Source: Myxococcota bacterium (lineage in GTDB: Bacteria; Myxococcota_C; UBA6777). From it: 64,000 nucleotides of DNA. The translations under genes were made by a program, and so were the position numbers. Location of the stretch: contig JAKLKB010000010.1 of assembly GCA_023150835.1 (NCBI GenBank), positions 1 through 64,000 on the forward strand, written 5' to 3'. Below, one piece after another: positions 38,145 to 46,962 of the stretch; position 1 is the first letter of the stretch, and each line of letters opens with the position of its first letter. The notes below the pieces were generated by a model. It was not told the DNA's origin. It ran no database searches and saw nothing but the letters and a program-made list of their open reading frames with translations.

Positions 38145-38273
38145 AAGCGACTCCTTGTGGTCGGTTAAAAGGGCAAGTTGGTACGATTGGGGATGAAGAA
38201 ACGCACAGAAGAGGCGTTTTATGGGTGAGAAGAGATAGCGACAAAGCGGCGGCTTGTCAATTCGCGGCGAATG

Positions 38274-38385
38274 GGGTCGAGATCAGCGAACGCGGGGACG
38301 AAGAGTTGCTGTTCTCTTTGGACTCCGGCAGCCCCCCAGAGGCTTTGGGTCGAGATCAGCGAACGCGGGGACGAAGAGTTGCTGT
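38274..38385. repeat. 39-bp perfect direct repeat x2 with a 34-bp spacer
   Basis: gggtcgagatcagcgaacgcggggacgaagagttgctgt at 38274-38312 and 38347-38385. Confidence 0.9.
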
Positions 38386-38406
38386 GAGGAGGCTGCCGAG
38401 GCGAGA

Positions 38407-41400
38407 TCAGCCGACATAGGCGCGGGGAAAGGATTCGGCTTGGCTGCGTGCTTCGAGGCGAACGGCGACGACGGTGGATACGCCGGGTTCTTGCATGGTG
38501 ACGCCATACAGATGGTCGGTCATTTCCATCGTGCGCTTGTTGTGGGTAATGACGATGAATTGGGTGAGTTGAGAGAGTTCGCGTAGGACATGGTTGTAGC
38601 GATCGATGTTGACGTCATCAAGGGGCGCATCCACTTCGTCGAGGACGCAGAAAGGAGAGGGCTTGTAGAGGAAAAAGGCGAACAATAGGGCGATGGTGGT
38701 CATCGCTTTTTCACCGCCCGAAAGCAAGGCGACGGTTTGGCGGCGTTTTCCCGGGGGTCGAACCATGATCTCGACGCCCGTTTCGAGAAGATTTTTGGGA
38801 TCTGTGAGCAAAAGCTCGGCACTTCCGCCCTCAAAGATCTTGGGGAAGAGGGTTGCAAAGTGTCCTCGTATGGCTTCGTAAGTTGCGAAGAATTCTTCGC
38901 GGATCTGTTGATCTAATTTGCGCAGGGTGTTTTTGATTGAGGAAGCGGCTTTTTCGAGATCTGCGACTTGTTCTTTCAAGAAGTTATAGCGTTCGTCGAT
39001 CTCATCGTACTCTTTTTCTGCGAGGGGGTTGACGTCGCCAAGTCGTGCGAGTTCTTGTTGAAGCTCTTTGAGGCGCTTGGGTTCTTGTTCGGTGGGACGG
39101 GGAGAACAGTGGTGTTTGGGCAGGGTTTCCCCGATGGAAAGCCTGTAGCGTTGGCGGATATCATCGTTGAGAGCTTTGAGATTGACGTCGACTTCGCGCA
39201 GCGTAAGCAGGTGCTGTGTGCGTTGTTCGCGGTTTTTCTCGATCTGGATGCGGAGGCTCTCGGTGTCTTTTCGGGTTTTTTGATGTTGTGCTTCGAGTGC
39301 AAGAAAGCCCTTGTGTTGGGTTTGAATGCGCGCCTCGTCGGTTTGGATCGTTTGGCGTAGAGCGGTGATCTCGGCCTTGAGTTCTTCGTGACCTTGGCGT
39401 TTTTCGTTGAGTTTTTCGTGGATGAGTTCTCGTTCGGCGTCGATCTCGATGCTGCGGCGCTTGAGGTAGTCTTGGCGACTTGCGAGGCTTTTGTGTTGTT
39501 GTTGGAGGGCTTCGAGGCGTTCGCGTTGGGCTGCGATGCGTACTTTGAGATCGGTGCATTGGCGCGACAAGATCGCTTGACGTTGGCGGTCGGCTTCGAT
39601 CTGCATCCTTGCGTCTTGTAGGCGCTTTTCGTGTTGCTTGCGCAGGTCTTCATAGATCGAAAGGCTTTTTTGGGCCTCAGCTTGGGCTTCTTGGAGGTTG
39701 GTCTGTTCTTGTTGAAGCTGGCGCATCTCGATTTGGAGCCGATGGACACGATCTTTGTGTCGAGCGACTTCTTGTTCGAGGCGCTCTTGATCGGCCAACA
39801 GCTTGGTTTGTCGCAGAGCAATTTGTTGCAATTGCTCGCGGTACTGGGCCAATTGAAGGGTTAGTTGTTCGTGTTCGTATTCTTGATCTGCAAGAAGATC
39901 TTCAAAGCGAAGGGCTTGTTCATCGAGTTGTTCGACTTCTTCGGTTAGTTCGCGGATCTGGCGTTTTCGCTGGATCATCCCGAGTCCTGCGCTGCGCTGG
40001 ACCCCGCCAACGATCGCACCGTCTGCGTGGACGAGTTCTCCTTTTTCTGTGACGAGCGTCAGGTGCAGCGGAAGCTGCGGACGCAGGCGCAAAGCGTCGT
40101 CTAGATCACCCACCAACACAAAGGGACGCAGCAGATGTGTCAAAAAGGCGGTGGGAGCGTCGTCTCGCACAAGATGTAACAGGCTTCCTCGGATCGAAGG
40201 GTCACGCGGCAGGCTTTCATCAAACGTTGCAGGCTGTTTGGGATTGGCGAAAAAGCCCGTGCGTCCGAGTTGTTTCTGTTCGAGATAGTCGATGGCGATC
40301 CGCGCATCTTCGGGGCGATCGATCACCAAGTATTGCAGACGATCGCCTAGGGCGGAAGCGATGGGGCCTTCGTAGGACTGAGGCACATCGATCAAGTCGG
40401 CCACAAGTCCGAGTAGTTGGGCGTTATCGAGTGGCCCGTCGGTGTCTCGTGATAGTAAAAGTGCGCGTGCAGCTTCGTTGAGATCTTGGTATTGGGATTG
40501 GATCTCTTCGAGGGATTCCAGTTTTGCCCGTCGTTCGGCAAGGATCTGTCGGCTTTGTTGGAGGCGTGTGCGTGATTGTTCGACTTGTTCTTTGAGGGCT
40601 TCTTTGCGGGCGCTGACGTCTTCTTGGGCGTGGAGGATGGTTTCTTGATCTTCGCGGTTGCGCTCGATCTCTTCGATGTTTTTGTGCTGTTGGGCACGAG
40701 CCATCGCTTCTTGGGCGGTGGCTTCGTCGAGCTCGGTGCGTTGGCGCTCTTGGCGTTGTTGAAGTTCTTGTTGGCGGCGACCGAGTTCTTGCGTGTGGTT
40801 GCGGGCCGTTGTTTCTTTGGTAACGGCTTCGATCACGTCGCCTTTGATCGCCTCGATGAGTCGGTCGGCTTCGGTGAGTCGTTCGTTGAGTTCCTCTAGT
40901 TCACCGCTGATCTGTTCGAGCGATTCGTGAGCATCGCCGCCTTCTTGCTGGAGTTGTTCGATCTGGCCCGTGATGACTTGCCCTTGGTGGGCGGCTTGTT
41001 TTTGTTGTTCGGTGGTGCGCTGCTGTTCTTCTGATAGCTGATCTTGCCGTGTTTTGAGGCCGCCCGCATCGCTTTGGAGGTGTTCTGCGGATTGTTCCAA
41101 GAGGGCGACACGCGCTTGGGTTTTTTGGAGTTTTTCGCGTTCTTCTTGGATGTGTCCTGCTTCTTGTTTGAGCTTTTGCTCGTTTTCTTCGAGGGCTTGT
41201 TCTTGTTGTTGGATGGCTTCGCGCAACGCTTGTTCTGCGCTGCTGAGATCCTCAAGGATCAGCTTGAGTTGGCGTTCTTTTGCCCAATTTTCGAGAAAGC
41301 GGTGGGCCGCGAGATACAGATCAAGATGTTCGATCTCTTCGCGTAAAAGGCGATGGCGTCGGGCTTTGCTGGCTTGTCTTTGAAGATTTTTTCGCTGTTG

Positions 41401-42012
41401 TCCGAGTTCTCGCAAGATATCGTTGAGGCGTTCAAGGTTGCCTTCGGTGCTGGTGAGGTTGCTTTCGGTTTGTTTGCGGTGTTCTTTGTAGCGCGTAATA
41501 CCTGCGGCTTCTTCGATCCAAAGCCGCCGCTGTTCGGGCGTTGACTGAATGAACGCACTCACGCGGCCTTGTTCGAGAAGTGCGTAGCTGTTTTTGTTGC
41601 CAAGTCCCGTCCCAAGGAAAAGCATTCGGATATCGCGCAGGCGACAAGGTTCACCGTTGGCGAGATATTCGGTGTTTCCGTTGCGTTTGAGGACCCGCGA
41701 GATCGCGATCTCGGAGTGATCTTGGAGTCCTTCTGGGCGGTATTCTGGCGCGACGTCTGAAAGGGTCAGCGTCACACGCGCTTGGGGGGCTGGATTGCGC
41801 TTTTCACTGCCCGCAAAGATCACGTCTAACCGCTCTTTTCCTCGCAAGTTTTTGACGCTGCGTTCGCCCATCACCCAACGGATCGCGTCAAGGACGTTGC
41901 TTTTCCCACATCCATTGGGGCCAACGACGCCCACGATGCTGTGATCAAATGCGATCGTCACAGGGTCACAGAATGATTTGAAGCCTTCGAGGTCGATGCG
42001 CTTGAGTCTCAC
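38407..42012 (-). CDS. smc: Chromosome segregation protein SMC
   Basis: GFKSF, GPNGCGKSN Walker A, coiled coils, hinge, LSGGEK signature, LDEVDAPLD Walker B/D-loop. Confidence 0.97.
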   Translation of the reverse strand: MRLKRIDLEGFKSFCDPVTIAFDHSIVGVVGPNGCGKSNVLDAIRWVMGERSVKNLRGKERLDVIFAGSEKRNPAPQARVTLTLSDVAPEYRPEGLQDHSEIAISRVLKRNGNTEYLANGEPCRLRDIRMLFLGTGLGNKNSYALLEQGRVSAFIQSTPEQRRLWIEEAAGITRYKEHRKQTESNLTSTEGNLERLNDILRELGQQRKNLQRQASKARRHRLLREEIEHLDLYLAAHRFLENWAKERQLKLILEDLSSAEQALREAIQQQEQALEENEQKLKQEAGHIQEEREKLQKTQARVALLEQSAEHLQSDAGGLKTRQDQLSEEQQRTTEQQKQAAHQGQVITGQIEQLQQEGGDAHESLEQISGELEELNERLTEADRLIEAIKGDVIEAVTKETTARNHTQELGRRQQELQQRQERQRTELDEATAQEAMARAQQHKNIEEIERNREDQETILHAQEDVSARKEALKEQVEQSRTRLQQSRQILAERRAKLESLEEIQSQYQDLNEAARALLLSRDTDGPLDNAQLLGLVADLIDVPQSYEGPIASALGDRLQYLVIDRPEDARIAIDYLEQKQLGRTGFFANPKQPATFDESLPRDPSIRGSLLHLVRDDAPTAFLTHLLRPFVLVGDLDDALRLRPQLPLHLTLVTEKGELVHADGAIVGGVQRSAGLGMIQRKRQIRELTEEVEQLDEQALRFEDLLADQEYEHEQLTLQLAQYREQLQQIALRQTKLLADQERLEQEVARHKDRVHRLQIEMRQLQQEQTNLQEAQAEAQKSLSIYEDLRKQHEKRLQDARMQIEADRQRQAILSRQCTDLKVRIAAQRERLEALQQQHKSLASRQDYLKRRSIEIDAERELIHEKLNEKRQGHEELKAEITALRQTIQTDEARIQTQHKGFLALEAQHQKTRKDTESLRIQIEKNREQRTQHLLTLREVDVNLKALNDDIRQRYRLSIGETLPKHHCSPRPTEQEPKRLKELQQELARLGDVNPLAEKEYDEIDERYNFLKEQVADLEKAASSIKNTLRKLDQQIREEFFATYEAIRGHFATLFPKIFEGGSAELLLTDPKNLLETGVEIMVRPPGKRRQTVALLSGGEKAMTTIALLFAFFLYKPSPFCVLDEVDAPLDDVNIDRYNHVLRELSQLTQFIVITHNKRTMEMTDHLYGVTMQEPGVSTVVAVRLEARSQAESFPRAYVG

Positions 42013-42083
42013 GATCTTCGTCCTTTGTTTGTCTTCGGAGGTTCGCCGTTTTTACTTGAATAGGACTTACGCATTTGGGCTTA

Positions 42084-42228
42084 TTTTGTGGGGTGTCACC
42101 CCACGCCCCACAAGGGAGCTTTGCCCCCTTGACCCCGTATTGGCGAACAGAGCATCGTTGTTTACACCAACGGCTTTGTCGCTTGAAAGTCCACGAACAC
42201 AGGGGGTTTGCCAACCGCGTCACTCCTC
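42084..42228 (+). repeat. Family A dispersed repeat, copy 3
   Basis: ttttgtggggtgtcaccccacgccccacaagggagctttgccccttgaccccgtattggcgaa...tcgcttgaa...gaacacagggggtttg. Confidence 0.85.
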
Positions 42229-42260
42229 TCTACGCTTGGATGGAGGACAAATACACAGCT

Positions 42261-42378
42261 TTATACGATATCCGTGTGATGTGTGATCGAAGGGTCGTGC
42301 GTAGACACCCGATTGTTGGGCAGCCACACCTGTCTGCCCCTACGTTTTGCGATCACACGCCCTGCGGATATCGTATTA
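42261..42378. mobile_element. MITE-like element, family B, copy 2 (contains a REP)
   Basis: TIRs tatacgatatccg..gtgtgatcg / cgatcacac..cggatatcgtat; internal gggcagccac..ctgcccctac. Confidence 0.7.
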
Positions 42379-42577
42379 CAAATCAAATACACAACGTTAC
42401 GTATCAAATACACAGTTTTTGGACGAAGAATGCCTATACATTTGTACCATAGTACAAATGTTGGGCTACCATAGGTAGCGAAGGCTGTCAATTTTTTCTC
42501 AAAAAAACAGTTATCTATTTAAAAAGGAAATGTTTTTTATGAAGTAGGAGTTGCGAGAGAAGGTGGGTGGCAGACCG

Positions 42578-44155
42578 CTAAGGGGTTTGGTAGTCTTGGG
42601 GGGTACAAAATCCGGCTTCGGGTGTGACGGGATGGCATTTGAAAGGAGCGGGGCAGGGGGTCCCATCGCCGCAAGGCTGCGAACAAAAGGTGCGGCTTTG
42701 GAGAGCGTCGGTGATGCAGACGTTGCTCGAACAATCGCCTGCACCGTTTGGACAGGGATCACCGACGTTGCCTTGTTGTGTGGTTTGAGGCATACAAAAC
42801 CGACCATGCCCGTAAGATTGGCAAGTATAGTCGGTGGGGCATTGGGCGTCTTGCTGGCAACTTTGAGTGCAAAAGCGCTTGCCAGCGGCATTTGTGACAC
42901 AGTTCCCAAGGAAACAATCTTCGGTTTGTTGGCAAGGATCGCCGATCTGCCCGTTGCCTGTATCGGGGAGGCAAAGCTGACGGTCCGTTGCGCACTTCCA
43001 GCCCGTTGGGCAGGGCTTTTGTGCATCGCAGACTTGGCTACAGATGCGATTGATCGCGCCTTGCTGGGGGGAGATACAAAGGCCGCTTGCACAAGCCGCA
43101 TCGCCATTTTTGTTGCAGATCGTACCGAGTCCACCGACTTGAGCGCGTTCGCAAAGATACCGATACAGGTTCCCGAACAACCGACACGAAAAGCCACTCG
43201 GGCAATCGTCTTGGCTTGGGTTGCAGCGTTGAGAGCAAAAAGCCTCGGAGCTGTTGCGATCAGGGCGCGCACAATAACCGGAACGACAAGAGCGGTAGCC
43301 TTCTTTCGAGCAGTCCTCGCCGATATCTTTCGTTCCTCGCGGGATGCAAAGGAAAGGGTCGTCGATGCGCGGGGATTCGCAGACAAAACGTGCAGGGCAG
43401 CTATCGCTTTGATAAGGATTGCAGCGTTGCGAGCAGTAGGCGTCGGGATCGCTGTCGTATTGGCTGTAGCAAAAGAGATCTTGTTTGCACTCTGCTTTTC
43501 CGTAGTTTGTGCAGTTTCCTCCGAGGTCTTGCCGAGAAAACGCCTCTTTTACACAAAGAAAACGACCCGTCACATCTGGCGAACAGAAGAAGCCCGTTTT
43601 GCAGGCTTGCGGATCTTTGGGATCGCAGGACTTGACGCAGATCGCCTGTGGATCTTTGGGGCCGCTCGATAGGCAGAAATAACCGTCCTCAAGGGCGCAA
43701 TCGGTATGTCCATTTTCGCTGCAAGAGCCGCCGTCTTTTTTGCATCGGCATCCTTCGGTTGTGCTGGTGGAACCTCGCAAGCAGGCTTTGCTGTTTCCGA
43801 AGGTCTCGCAAAGATAGCCTTTGAGGCAATCGGATCGGAGGGCGCATTCTCGTGTGCAATAACTCTCTGCGGTCCGTCCTTCGGGGGTGTAGCAAAAGAG
43901 GTCGGACTGACAACGATCCGAACGTCCCTCGCATACGCCCCCGACATTCGAGCCTTCGCGGATCTGCACACACACGAAGTTTGCTTTGCTGCTGCCGCTC
44001 AGTTTGACTTGCCTACATTGTGCGCCGTCAGGACAGACACCCAAGGCGTCACCGCCACAAACGCCCGTGGGAGTAGGCGTCTTTCCTCCACACGCCACCG
44101 TGCCAAACCACAACAAGCCAACACATCCCAACCAGCCACACAAACGAAACCACAT
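42578..44155 (-). CDS. Cys-rich repeat lipoprotein (myxobacterial type)
   Basis: GGAGGT RBS, lipobox TVAC, repeated G..C....C....C......CS..C.....CP....C modules. Confidence 0.85.
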   Translation of the reverse strand: MWFRLCGWLGCVGLLWFGTVACGGKTPTPTGVCGGDALGVCPDGAQCRQVKLSGSSKANFVCVQIREGSNVGGVCEGRSDRCQSDLFCYTPEGRTAESYCTRECALRSDCLKGYLCETFGNSKACLRGSTSTTEGCRCKKDGGSCSENGHTDCALEDGYFCLSSGPKDPQAICVKSCDPKDPQACKTGFFCSPDVTGRFLCVKEAFSRQDLGGNCTNYGKAECKQDLFCYSQYDSDPDAYCSQRCNPYQSDSCPARFVCESPRIDDPFLCIPRGTKDIGEDCSKEGYRSCRSGYCARPDRNSSEAFCSQRCNPSQDDCPSGFSCRLFGNLYRYLCERAQVGGLGTICNKNGDAACASGLCISPQQGAINRICSQVCDAQKPCPTGWKCATDRQLCLPDTGNGQIGDPCQQTEDCFLGNCVTNAAGKRFCTQSCQQDAQCPTDYTCQSYGHGRFCMPQTTQQGNVGDPCPNGAGDCSSNVCITDALQSRTFCSQPCGDGTPCPAPFKCHPVTPEAGFCTPQDYQTP

Positions 44156-44211
44156 CACAAACCTCCAATACTTCCGATCCACCGAGGCAAACGCCTTTTG
44201 CGCGTTTGAGG

Positions 44212-45537
44212 CTAAGGCGTCGTGTTGTACGTAAGGTAGACAACACCAAGGCACATCTCATCTCGGGTTCCATCGCCCCAGTATACGTTTTGGGGGATGG
44301 CGCGTTTTCCGTCGATGATCGGCTGATTTTCGGGGGAGTTATCCCAGCGACACACGATCCCCAATTCGTCCCCAACTTTGAGAGTTATCGGCGTTTTGAG
44401 ATCGTACATATACTGCCAATTGAAGTCCCACTTGGGGATATCGAGCACACAATCTTCTTTGGCGTTCGAGCGTTTGACGTATAATTGGGCCGATTTACCG
44501 AGCAGATGGAGATGCAGTGTGACGCTGTGGATGGTGATCGATTCGAGTTTTGGGGCAGAGCGGGCTTTCAACAAAGAAACGATATCCGCCTTGAACTCGT
44601 GTTTGACATCGGATTGGCCTGCGGGGATCTCCATCCCTTTTCCGTTCCAACCGCCGAGTATGTTGGAATAAGGAACGAGCAGCCCTTCTTTTTCTACTTT
44701 GTCTGCAAGCTGAAACTCGATCTTGCTTTGATCGGGTTCAGGATTGCTTTGAAGGACGTTGTAGTGCATCTGCAAGACGATCTTGGAACCCGGTTCGATC
44801 TTGATCCCTGTTCCTTTGGGGTACAATTGCGCCCCGCCACCCGGAGCCCAAGCGCCCACCCATCCTGCGTTGACTTTGGGGCCACCAAAGCAAGTGTAGC
44901 CCGGGCCTTCTTCTTTGCTGTCGAGGTCAAGCAGTTTGGGAACCTCCTTGGGAGCGACCACATAAGCGATCAGATGGTGCGCGATCTTTCGGTTGCCTGC
45001 TTTGACGTGGTAGCCCGTGATGTAGGTGGTGCTTGTTTGCGGCCAATCCACCACAAAGCAGCGATAGTCGTCGGGGGTTTTGGTCGGGACATACGCAACA
45101 GGAAGCGTCAGCGTCAGATCGGCTTTTTCGAGTCCGCTGCTTTTGGTTTGGGTCGGTGGTGTGTCCTTGGGGTCGCCTTGTGGGGAGCCGATCTCTATCC
45201 AACGAAGGAGCTTTTGGCGTTCTTCTGCCGTGAGTGCGATGTTGTTGGTGTACTCGTTACACTGATCGTTGCCTTTCCACGGAGGCATCTTGTTTTGCTC
45301 GATCTGAAGTTTCGAGAAGTCGCGGAACTTGTGCGCCATCTCGTAGTTGTTGAGTGGCATCGGGCCGATGTTGTCTTGTGTGTGGCAATTGGCGCACTTC
45401 GCATCCATGATCGGCTTAATATCCCGATAATAGGTCAGCTCAGCGGTTTGTTGTTTTGGGGGGTCTGTTGCAGGGCCGCAGCCCAGCCACGAACCCACCC
45501 ACACGAGCGTCAAAAACGTCCATGCAGTAGCTCTCAT
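44212..45537 (-). CDS. Copper type II ascorbate-dependent monooxygenase-like lipoprotein with an N-terminal CxxCH
   Basis: Lipobox WLGC; CANCH; HH, MHY, HLH and DEMC copper-ligand motifs. Confidence 0.85.
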   Translation of the reverse strand: MRATAWTFLTLVWVGSWLGCGPATDPPKQQTAELTYYRDIKPIMDAKCANCHTQDNIGPMPLNNYEMAHKFRDFSKLQIEQNKMPPWKGNDQCNEYTNNIALTAEERQKLLRWIEIGSPQGDPKDTPPTQTKSSGLEKADLTLTLPVAYVPTKTPDDYRCFVVDWPQTSTTYITGYHVKAGNRKIAHHLIAYVVAPKEVPKLLDLDSKEEGPGYTCFGGPKVNAGWVGAWAPGGGAQLYPKGTGIKIEPGSKIVLQMHYNVLQSNPEPDQSKIEFQLADKVEKEGLLVPYSNILGGWNGKGMEIPAGQSDVKHEFKADIVSLLKARSAPKLESITIHSVTLHLHLLGKSAQLYVKRSNAKEDCVLDIPKWDFNWQYMYDLKTPITLKVGDELGIVCRWDNSPENQPIIDGKRAIPQNVYWGDGTRDEMCLGVVYLTYNTTP

Positions 45538-45715
45538 CTTCTTTAGGACTCCTTGGTGCGGGGCGATCCATCTTTTGGATCGCGTGGGGTGAAAACCGAT
45601 TCGTCCGATCTTCTGGGTGCGTTGAATATCGGCGTCTCGGTGCGTTCAAAAAGTCTCGAACATCGGTGCTTTCGGATTGAATCGCTTTGTGTATAGGGCC
45701 TATGCCGTTGGATGT

Positions 45716-45842
45716 TTTGGGCGGGGTTTCACCCCACGCCCCACAAGGGAGCGCGGCTCTATGGACCCCGTATCAGCGAAGAGATCGATTGCTTTTCAAA
45801 CCAACGCTCAGTCGCTTGGAGGGGGGCGAACACGGGTTTTTT
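45716..45842 (+). repeat. Family A dispersed repeat, copy 4
   Basis: ggggtttcaccccacgccccacaagggagcgcggctctatggaccccgta...gcgaa...tcgcttgg...gaacacgggtttttt. Confidence 0.85.
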
Positions 45843-45882
45843 ATCGGGGAACTCCTGTGTCGATTCGACGCTGTTTTGGGGG

Positions 45883-46638
45883 TCAGCGGCGTTCTTGGAG
45901 GCGTTTTTGACAAGTGCGCGGTGTGGCTTGGGGCTCCATATCGTTTTGCCAGAGGGCAGCACAGCCTTGGTAAAGGCTGCGTGCTTCGGTTTTTTTTCCA
46001 AGATCCCACAGCGTGTCGGCAAGGAAAAGTAGGGCTGCTGGGTTCTTGGGTGCAAGGCGATACGAAGTTTGAAGATATCCGAGCGATTTTTGAAGATTGC
46101 GCATCGGCCACGGGAGTTTGTAGTAAAAACGGCCAAGGATGCGTTGTGCGCCGCCGTGATAGAGCGAAGGACTGCGTTTGATCGACTCTTGCGCCATCTT
46201 CTCGATCTTTCCGGCCAATCCTTGTGTCATCGCCACCCAGACGCCACCACCGCGTGCATACTGGCCGATATTGATCGCCGACCAAAAGTAGCCTTCGGCG
46301 CGATCGGGCCATCGGCTGATCAGCATCTTGGCGTGTTCCCAACCTTTTTTGGCCCAACGTTGGATCTCTTTGTTGTCGCTTGCTTCAAAGGCCAGCTGGT
46401 TGGTTGCACGACACACGCCCACCAAGGTCTCAAAGCGGATCGGTGCGCTTTCGTACGCTTTGAGAAGCATATACGCCCCGCGTATCCGCGTCATCTTCTG
46501 GTTGGCTTGTGTCAGGCGATGGCCCTCTTTGAGCATCTTCTGTATGGCCGAAGGCAAGGGCGCTTCTGCCTGTACGCGAGAACCGCTTCCGACAAACAGC
46601 GCCGCTCCACATACCCAATACAGCACATACCAACGCAT
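45883..46638 (-). CDS. Secreted TPR-like protein (TatT-component-like)
   Basis: GGAAGAGA upstream of ATG at 46638; signal peptide; AEGYFWSAINIG and YHGGAQRILGRFYYKLPWP motifs. Confidence 0.7.
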   Translation of the reverse strand: MRWYVLYWVCGAALFVGSGSRVQAEAPLPSAIQKMLKEGHRLTQANQKMTRIRGAYMLLKAYESAPIRFETLVGVCRATNQLAFEASDNKEIQRWAKKGWEHAKMLISRWPDRAEGYFWSAINIGQYARGGGVWVAMTQGLAGKIEKMAQESIKRSPSLYHGGAQRILGRFYYKLPWPMRNLQKSLGYLQTSYRLAPKNPAALLFLADTLWDLGKKTEARSLYQGCAALWQNDMEPQATPRTCQKRLQERR

Positions 46639-46786
46639 CGATCTCTTCCTCTCTTGGTCGTTGCCGCTCGGCTTGAGCCGCTCGGCTTGTTTCTTCGCCC
46701 TCGCGTCTTTTCTTGTACGCACTTGTGGGCAAAAAGACAACCGACCGATTTTTTGCCGCGACCTTACGTTGGCTGCGAGATTTTGC

Positions 46787-46815
46787 TTGACAGGCCAGAA
46801 CAGATCGAGTATTCA
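46787..46815 (+). promoter_or_regulatory. Putative sigma70 promoter of the tRNA
   Basis: TTGACA-N17-TATTCA, 13 nt upstream of the tRNA. Confidence 0.5.
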
Positions 46816-46828
46816 ACTCCTCACTTTT

Positions 46829-46902
46829 GGCGGTATAGCTCAGCTGGTGAGAGCATACGGCTCATAACCGTAGGGTCCGGGGTTCAAATCCCTGTACCGC
46901 CA
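46829..46902 (+). tRNA. tRNA with CAT anticodon (probably elongator Met; Ile2 not excluded); CCA not encoded
   Basis: Acceptor stem GGCGGTA/TACCGCC, D-arm AGCTCAGCTGGTGAGAGC, anticodon arm ACGG-CTCATAA-CCGT, T-loop GGTTCAAATCC. Confidence 0.95.
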
Positions 46903-46962
46903 CTTTGTCTCCTTACTTGTTCCTTTCGTCCTCACAGCCTTCAAGCCAGATCACGGCAAACC

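Noticed and set aside
37270-38244. Repetitive ORFs (STLDSGF)n, (GFGLFDL)n and (RIQGRKA)n
   Set aside because: Other-frame readings of the ftsY 21-bp repeat
42511-43672. 291-aa and 373-aa ORFs overlapping the Cys-rich lipoprotein gene
   Set aside because: Frame-shifted and antisense shadows with no independent support
46069-46962. N-terminal third of the 952-aa ORF
   Set aside because: It overlaps an antisense gene and runs through a clear tRNA; the real start must be downstream of 46902
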